From Eledone cirrhosa (lineage: Eukaryota), in assembly GCA_964016885.1 (NCBI GenBank), contig OZ024740.1:143964001-144028000 (forward strand): a stretch of DNA of 64,000 bases, given 5' to 3'. Both the position numbers and the translations under genes were made by a program. This document shows positions 52,801-64,000 of this stretch, piece by piece. The first letter of the stretch is position 1; each line of letters starts with the position of its first letter. The notes beneath the pieces were generated by a model. The model did not search any database. It saw only the letters and a program-made list of their open reading frames with translations, and had not been told where the DNA came from.

Positions 52801-53912
52801 CATGGATTTCGTCGTAGCCGTCACAATGTTGTCCAACATGACCATTTAGGTCGCCTGCAATAATTATATAGTCACTGTCAGATATTTGGGAGGTAGTTAG
52901 CAACAGTGTCTCATAGAATCTGTCTTTTATAGTGCCGGGCAGTCCGGATTGGGGTGCGTACGCAGATATTACTGTCACCGTAGTTCTATTGAGGACAAGT
53001 CTTATTTTAATTATTCTGTCGTTCACTCTATTTACGTCTATTATCTTATCTGCCCACTTTTCTGCTACCATGATTCCTACTCCACCCAGCCCATCGTCGT
53101 TTCCCACCCAGAAAAGCTTATAACATCGTTTTTTACCCTCAATGAATCTAGCAGACCCACCCCTCCACCTGGTCTCTTGAATACAACAAACATCGACCTC
53201 CTTACGTTCAAGCAGTTCTACAACCTCGTTAGCGCGACCCTTTAGGGTGCCCACATTTATGGTACCAACTCTGAAGTTTTGGGTTGCGTTTGGAGGGTGG
53301 GGGTGGTGGGGGGGCGGGAGGAGATAGGGTTATGTTAGCCATCCGCGGACGAAACAAAGAGGAGTGCTCGCATTCTCGTCCACGAGGTGAATTTGACTTT
53401 AACTTTGGCATTTTCGCTCTGGGCGTCCAGATTTTTCTCTCCCTTCCACTCTCCAGGATTCCGCAGTCCGTCCGTCCATCCATCCATCCATCCATCATAT
53501 ATCGAAGGCAACCGGGCAAGCGATAGTATAGGCCTCTGGCTTATGATTTGGTCCGCGTAATAATAATAATGGTGATGCGTGGGGTGGGGGTGGGGGGCTC
53601 TGGCTTATAATAATGGTGGTGATGCGGGGGGGGGGTGGGGGGTGGGGGGGGCTCTGGCTTATGGTTGGTCCACGTATTAAGTATGGTGGCGTGTGGGGGA
53701 GGGAGGGGTGTGGGGTAGCTAGCTGGAAGGTTATGAATGTTTAACAAGCGATTTAACAAAAAGCAAAACTGCAAGATTTTTTCTGTTCAATACGACAAAA
53801 ACACCGTATTTAAACCTTAAATAGATAACAAAAATACAGATTTCGGATTTTGCGAGATTGGATGTTTGTTTGGACTATGTACGAAATTGAGCGTGGGAAT
53901 GGAGAGAAGAAT
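49870..53912 (-). mobile_element. Full-length RTE LINE family B
   Basis: (GAT)n tail at 49870-49892; 5' UTR begins ATTCTTCTCT next to a TA tract. Confidence 0.95.
50228..53254 (-). CDS. RTE polyprotein APE-RT with PHD-like finger (>=1008 aa uninterrupted; true start uncertain)
   Basis: All APE and RT motifs present (YADD). The frame extends up through FRVGTINV but has no in-frame ATG before a stop; a variable-length C-run separates it from an upstream ATG-containing frame. Confidence 0.88.
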   Translation of the reverse strand: MGTLKGRANEVVELLERKEVDVCCIQETRWRGGSARFIEGKKRCYKLFWVGNDDGLGGVGIMVAEKWADKIIDVNRVNDRIIKIRLVLNRTTVTVISAYAPQSGLPGTIKDRFYETLLLTTSQISDSDYIIIAGDLNGHVGQHCDGYDEIHGGYGFGTRNEEGSRILEYCDANNLTICNTNFKKRDSHLITYRSGEHTSQVDYILTRRRDRVSVVNTKSLPHEECTSQHRLIISDLTVRMRRTRQQKRTILRRKIWKLKDPTARNKFQSILLDAFDSKEEHLESDNIEGQWKFLKANLLLATDEVCGWSRPVGRRRVTWWWNNRVEGSIKAKKQAWKVWRDGGSRVDYQVARREARREVYLARREAEERKFKHVLQRDDQKREVFRIARQCVKENRDIVGEKCVLNDDGILAITDTDKKVAWKCHYERLLNEENKWEKDSLPHIDPIEAPAVLVEGSIISKAIKDMKTGKAAGPSEIVAEMLKASGTVGHTMVTRIVNQVVQNGVVPKDWHSSIIVNCYKGKGDALDRSNYRGIKLIDQVMKVTEKVIAQLIRERIDLDEMQFGFVSGKSTTDALFIVRQLQEKYLAKGKPLYLAFVDLEKAFDRVPHSIIWWALRKLGVDEWLVRAIQAMYKETVSKVRINNEYSEEFSVKVGVHQGSVLSPLLFIIALQAITEEFKTGCPWELLYADDLTLIAESMAELEKKFQTWKHGLESKVLKINLAKTKLLVCRKENKAAVPSGKCSCSVCRKGVGRNSILCPKCKVWVHKRCSGITGKLTKNIDFTCGRCSGAISSSKCRQNTSSFNCAEGSIEIVDSFRYLGDKISSGGGCSESTVARVRTGWKKFRELIPLLAAKGFSLKMKGRLYDACIRTAMLHGSETWALCAENIRRLERNEACMLRWMCNSNIRERQSINELRKKLEIRGIRCCLLERRLRWYGHVMRMKVDSCITKCRAIKIDGSHGIGRPRKTWDELINSDLTHLHLSKTMSLDRDLWRYSVTEKTRLASRHL

Positions 53913-53933
53913 TATATATATACATATATATAT

Positions 53934-53980
<47 letters not shown>

Positions 53981-53986
<6 letters not shown>

Positions 53987-56900
53987 CAAATAACGAAACG
54001 AAATTAAATTTCGTTTCGTTTGTAACTCACTTTTGTATGACTGACGCTCAAACAATTAAGTCAAAGATGTACATCCATATATGTATACTGAAATACTAGT
54101 ATGTATATGAATACACAAACGTATACATATGTAGATGTACCAAGTTTTTTTTCACTGATCACTCTACTGTGAGTGGCCAGCTATTCTGTATGTAAACACA
54201 CAGACAAACCGGTTCTTAGAGTCATACTGGTTTTTGAGGAAACACCTTTCCTCTATTCTCCAGAAAGCCAGACAAGGAATATTGAACTAGTTTCGTTGTT
54301 GTTACAACTCATCAGCAATATTTACCTATCTTCCGGCCTCTCTAGAGAATCGTAAAAGCACATATCGCTATATGCTTTTTCTATGAAAATTAGTAGTGGG
54401 CAGACCAACTTGCATAGAGTGTGAGTAAGTACCGGTTCAACGGAGACGATAAAAACAAATAACGAAACGAAATTAAATTTCGTTTCGTTTGTAACTCACT
54501 TTTGTATGACTGACGCTCAAACAATTAAGTCAAAGATGTACATCCATATATGTATACTGAAATACTAGTATGTATATGAATACACAAACGTATACATATG
54601 TAGATGTACCAAGTTTTTTTTCACTGATCACTCTACTGTGAGTGGCCAGCTATTCTGTATGTAAACACACAGACAAACCGGTTCTTAGAGTCATACTGGT
54701 TTTTGAGGAAACACCTTTCCTCTATTCTCCAGAAAGCCAGACAAGGAATATTGAACTAGTTTCGTTGTTGTTACAACTCATCAGCAATATTTACCTATCT
54801 TCCGGCCTCTCTAGAGAATCGTAAAAGCACATATCGCTATATGCTTTTTCTATATATGCTTTTTCTATGAAAATTAGTAGTGGGCAGACCAACTTGCATA
54901 GAGTGTGAGTAAGTACCGGTTCAACGGAGACGATAAAAACAAATAACGAAACGAAATTAAATTTCGTTTCGTTTGTAACTCACTTTTGTATGACTGACGC
55001 TCAAACAATTAAGTCAAAGATGTACATCCATATATGTATACTGAAATACTAGTATGTATATGAATACACAAACGTATACATATGTAGATGTACCAAGTTT
55101 TTTTTCACTGATCACTCTACTGTGAGTGGCCAGCTATTCTGTATGTAAACACACAGACAAACCGGTTCTTAGAGTCATACTGGTTTTTGAGGAAACACCT
55201 TTCCTCTATTCTCCAGAAAGCCAGACAAGGAATATTGAACTAGTTTCGTTGTTGTTACAACTCATCAGCAATATTTACCTATCTTCCGGCCTCTCTAGAG
55301 AATCGTAAAAGCACATATCGCTATATGCTTTTTCTATGAAAATTAGTAGTGGGCAGACCAACTTGCATAGAGTGTGAGTAAGTACCGGTTCAACGGAGAC
55401 GATAAAAACAAATAACGAAACGAAATTAAATTTCGTTTCGTTTGTAACTCACTTTTGTATGACTGACGCTCAAACAATTAAGTCAAAGATGTACATCCAT
55501 ATATGTATACTGAAATACTAGTATGTATATGAATACACAAACGTATACATATGTAGATGTACCAAGTTTTTTTTTCACTGATCACTCTACTGTGAGTGGC
55601 CAGCTATTCTGTATGTAAACACACAGACAAACCGGTTCTTAGAGTCATACTGGTTTTTGAGGAAACACCTTTCCTCTATTCTCCAGAAAGCCAGACAAGG
55701 AATATTGAACTAGTTTCGTTGTTGTTACAACTCATCAGCAATATTTACCTATCTTCCGGCCTCTCTAGAGAATCGTAAAAGCACATATCGCTATATGCTT
55801 TTTCTATGAAAATTAGTAGTGGGCAGACCAACTTGCATAGAGTGTGAGTAAGTACCGGTTCAACGGAGACGATAAAAACAAATAACGAAACGAAATTAAA
55901 TTTCGTTTCGTTTGTAACTCACTTTTGTATGACTGACGCTCAAACAATTAAGTCAAAGATGTACATCCATATATGTATACTGAAATACTAGTATGTATAT
56001 GAATACACAAACGTATACATATGTAGATGTACCAAGTTTTTTTTCACTGATCACTCTACTGTGAGTGGCCAGCTATTCTGTATGTAAACACACAGACAAA
56101 CCGGTTCTTAGAGTCATACTGGTTTTTGAGGAAACACCTTTCCTCTATTCTCCAGAAAGCCAGACAAGGAATATTGAACTAGTTTCGTTGTTGTTACAAC
56201 TCATCAGCAATATTTACCTATCTTCCGGCCTCTCTAGAGAATCGTAAAAGCACATATCGCTATATGCTTTTTCTATGAAAATTAGTAGTGGGCAGACCAA
56301 CTTGCATAGAGTGTGAGTAAGTACCGGTTCAACGGAGACGATAAAAACAAATAACGAAACGAAATTAAATTTCGTTTCGTTTGTAACTCACTTTTGTATG
56401 ACTGACGCTCAAACAATTAAGTCAAAGATGTACATCCATATATGTATACTGAAATACTAGTATGTATATGAATACACAAACGTATACATATGTAGATGTA
56501 CCAAGTTTTTTTTCACTGATCACTCTACTGTGAGTGGCCAGCTATTCTGTATGTAAACACACAGACAAACCGGTTCTTAGAGTCATACTGGTTTTTGAGG
56601 AAACACCTTTCCTCTATTCTCCAGAAAGCCAGACAAGGAATATTGAACTAGTTTCGTTGTTGTTACAACTCATCAGCAATATTTACCTATCTTCCGGCCT
56701 CTCTAGAGAATCGTAAAAGCACATATCGCTATATGCTTTTTCTATGAAAATTAGTAGTGGGCAGACCAACTTGCATAGAGTGTGAGTAAGTACCGGTTCA
56801 ACGGAGACGATAAAAACAAATAACGAAACGAAATTAAATTTCGTTTCGTTTGTAACTCACTTTTGTATGACTGACGCTCAAACAATTAAGTCAAAGATGT

Positions 56901-58037
56901 ACATCCATATATGTATACTGAAATACTAGTATGTATATGAATACACAAACGTATACATATGTAGATGTACCAAGTTTTTTTTCACTGATCACTCTACTGT
57001 GAGTGGCCAGCTATTCTGTATGTAAACACACAGACAAACCGGTTCTTAGAGTCATACTGGTTTTTGAGGAAACACCTTTCCTCTATTCTCCAGAAAGCCA
57101 GACAAGGAATATTGAACTAGTTTCGTTGTTGTTACAACTCATCAGCAATATTTACCTATCTTCCGGCCTCTCTAGAGAATCGTAAAAGCACATATCGCTA
57201 TATGCTTTTTCTATGAAAATTAGTAGTGGGCAGACCAACTTGCATAGAGTGTGAGTAAGTACCGGTTCAACGGAGACGATAAAAACAAATAACGAAACGA
57301 AATTAAATTTCGTTTCGTTTGTAACTCACTTTTGTATGACTGACGCTCAAACAATTAAGTCAAAGATGTACATCCATATATGTATACTGAAATACTAGTA
57401 TGTATATGAATACACAAACGTATACATATGTAGATGTACCAAGTTTTTTTTCACTGATCACTCTACTGTGAGTGGCCAGCTATTCTGTATGTAAACACAC
57501 AGACAAACCGGTTCTTAGAGTCATACTGGTTTTTGAGGAAACACCTTTCCTCTATTCTCCAGAAAGCCAGACAAGGAATATTGAACTAGTTTCGTTGTTG
57601 TTACAACTCATCAGCAATATTTACCTATCTTCCGGCCTCTCTAGAGAATCGTAAAAGCACATATCGCTATATGCTTTTTCTATGAAAATTAGTAGTGGGC
57701 AGACCAACTTGCATAGAGTGTGAGTAAGTACCGGTTCAACGGAGACGATAAAAACAAATAACGAAACGAAATTAAATTTCGTTTCGTTTGTAACTCACTT
57801 TTGTATGACTGACGCTCAAACAATTAAGTCAAAGATGTACATCCATATATGTATACTGAAATACTAGTATGTATATGAATACACAAACGTATACATATGT
57901 AGATGTACCAAGTTTTTTTTTCACTGATCACTCTACTGTGAGTGGCCAGCTATTCTGTATGTAAACACACAGACAAACCGGTTCTTAGAGTCATACTGGT
58001 TTTTGAGGAAACACCTTTCCTCTATTCTCCAGAAAGC
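53981..58037 (-). repeat. 469-bp HHR-containing tandem array, left arm (about 8.6 units, 8 hammerheads)
   Basis: Period 469-470 (one 484 from a 15-bp duplication). HHRs at 54278-54322, 54747-54791, 55231-55275, 55701-55745, 56170-56214, 56639-56683, 57108-57152, 57577-57621. Confidence 0.97.
54278..54322 (-). ncRNA. Minimal type I hammerhead ribozyme (representative of the left arm)
   Basis: AAUAUUG-CUGAUGA-GUUGU(aaca)ACAAC-GAAA-CUAG-UU-CAAUAUU; canonical core, 7-bp stem I, palindromic ACUAGU. Confidence 0.92.
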
Positions 58038-60335
58038 GTTTCGTTTCGTTATTTGTTTTTATCGTCTCCGTTGAACCGGTACTTACTCACACTCTATGCA
58101 AGTTGGTCTGCCCACTACTAATTTTCATAGAAAAAGCATATAGCGATATGTGCTTTTACGATTCTCTAGAGAGGCCGGAAGATAGGTAAATATTGCTGAT
58201 GAGTTGTAACAACAACGAAACTAGTTCAATATTCCTTGTCTGGCTTTCTGGAGAATAGAGGAAAGGTGTTTCCTCAAAAACCAGTATGACTCTAAGAACC
58301 GGTTTGTCTGTGTGTTTACATACAGAATAGCTGGCCACTCACAGTAGAGTGATCAGTGAAAAAAAACTTGGTACATCTACATATGTATACGTTTGTGTAT
58401 TCATATACATACTAGTATTTCAGTATACATATATGGATGTACATCTTTGACTTAATTGTTTGAGCGTCAGTCATACAAAAGTGAGTTACAAACGAAACGA
58501 AATTTAATTTCGTTTCGTTATTTGTTTTTATCGTCTCCGTTGAACCGGTACTTACTCACACTCTATGCAAGTTGGTCTGCCCACTACTAATTTTCATAGA
58601 AAAAGCATATAGCGATATGTGCTTTTACGATTCTCTAGAGAGGCCGGAAGATAGGTAAATATTGCTGATGAGTTGTAACAACAACGAAACTAGTTCAATA
58701 TTCCTTGTCTGGCTTTCTGGAGAATAGAGGAAAGGTGTTTCCTCAAAAACCAGTATGACTCTAAGAACCGGTTTGTCTGTGTGTTTACATACAGAATAGC
58801 TGGCCACTCACAGTAGAGTGATCAGTGAAAAAAAAACTTGGTACATCTACATATGTATACGTTTGTGTATTCATATACATACTAGTATTTCAGTATACAT
58901 ATATGGATGTACATCTTTGACTTAATTGTTTGAGCGTCAGTCATACAAAAGTGAGTTACAAACGAAACGAAATTTAATTTCGTTTCGTTATTTGTTTTTA
59001 TCGTCTCCGTTGAACCGGTACTTACTCACACTCTATGCAAGTTGGTCTGCCCACTACTAATTTTCATAGAAAAAGCATATAGCGATATGTGCTTTTACGA
59101 TTCTCTAGAGAGGCCGGAAGATAGGTAAATATTGCTGATGAGTTGTAACAACAACGAAACTAGTTCAATATTCCTTGTCTGGCTTTCTGGAGAATAGAGG
59201 AAAGGTGTTTCCTCAAAAACCAGTATGACTCTAAGAACCGGTTTGTCTGTGTGTTTACATACAGAATAGCTGGCCACTCACAGTAGAGTGATCAGTGAAA
59301 AAAAACTTGGTACATCTACATATGTATACGTTTGTGTATTCATATACATACTAGTATTTCAGTATACATATATGGATGTACATCTTTGACTTAATTGTTT
59401 GAGCGTCAGTCATACAAAAGTGAGTTACAAACGAAACGAAATTTAATTTCGTTTCGTTATTTGTTTTTATCGTCTCCGTTGAACCGGTACTTACTCACAC
59501 TCTATGCAAGTTGGTCTGCCCACTACTAATTTTCATAGAAAAAGCATATAGCGATATGTGCTTTTACGATTCTCTAGAGAGGCCGGAAGATAGGTAAATA
59601 TTGCTGATGAGTTGTAACAACAACGAAACTAGTTCAATATTCCTTGTCTGGCTTTCTGGAGAATAGAGGAAAGGTGTTTCCTCAAAAACCAGTATGACTC
59701 TAAGAACCGGTTTGTCTGTGTGTTTACATACAGAATAGCTGGCCACTCACAGTAGAGTGATCAGTGAAAAAAAAACTTGGTACATCTACATATGTATACG
59801 TTTGTGTATTCATATACATACTAGTATTTCAGTATACATATATGGATGTACATCTTTGACTTAATTGTTTGAGCGTCAGTCATACAAAAGTGAGTTACAA
59901 ACGAAACGAAATTTAATTTCGTTTCGTTATTTGTTTTTATCGTCTCCGTTGAACCGGTACTTACTCACACTCTATGCAAGTTGGTCTGCCCACTACTAAT
60001 TTTCATAGAAAAAGCATATAGCGATATGTGCTTTTACGATTCTCTAGAGAGGCCGGAAGATAGGTAAATATTGCTGATGAGTTGTAACAACAACGAAACT
60101 AGTTCAATATTCCTTGTCTGGCTTTCTGGAGAATAGAGGAAAGGTGTTTCCTCAAAAACCAGTATGACTCTAAGAACCGGTTTGTCTGTGTGTTTACATA
60201 CAGAATAGCTGGCCACTCACAGTAGAGTGATCAGTGAAAAAAAACTTGGTACATCTACATATGTATACGTTTGTGTATTCATATACATACTAGTATTTCA
60301 GTATACATATATGGATGTACATCTTTGACTTAATT
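58038..60335 (+). repeat. 469-bp HHR-containing tandem array, inverted right arm (about 4.9 units, 5 hammerheads)
   Basis: Reverse complement of the left-arm units. HHRs at 58189-58233, 58658-58702, 59128-59172, 59597-59641, 60067-60111. Confidence 0.97.
58189..58233 (+). ncRNA. Minimal type I hammerhead ribozyme (representative of the right arm)
   Basis: aatattg ctgatga gttgtaacaacaac gaaa ctag tt caatatt; predicted cleavage after 58226. Confidence 0.92.

Positions 60336-64000
<3,665 letters not shown>

Noticed and set aside
54173-54355. Repeated 60-aa ORF in each 469-bp unit
   Set aside because: GTG start, antisense to the ribozyme, no recognisable motif, not conserved in the 11.4-kb relative.

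Overview
Eukaryotic, gene-free, repeat-saturated window. The tRNA-derived SINE remnants and RTE 3' UTR motifs suggest an octopus/cephalopod genome (inference). Long (TA)n/(TACA)n microsatellites serve as landing sites for stacked mobile elements: RTE-clade LINEs (two near full-length copies with long APE-RT ORFs at 27127-30246 + and 50228-53254 -), a CR1/L2/Jockey-group fragment, about five Penelope-like (PLE) RT/GIY-YIG families with fold-back structures and hammerhead ribozymes (HHR), a degenerate 6.1-kb Helitron, MITEs and SINEs. The main result is a non-coding retrozyme-like system: a near-identical 469-bp tandem array (53981-60335; 13 intact type I hammerheads in two inverted arms) plus two divergent relatives (about 2105-3645 and 11449-12058). 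All three share an octamer-containing hairpin, a TATA hairpin, a minimal HHR with palindromic stem III and a downstream TGTTTAC. Two of the three show the same tail-asymmetric inverted insertion geometry as the neighbouring PLEs. All structures were folded by eye; no searches were run.
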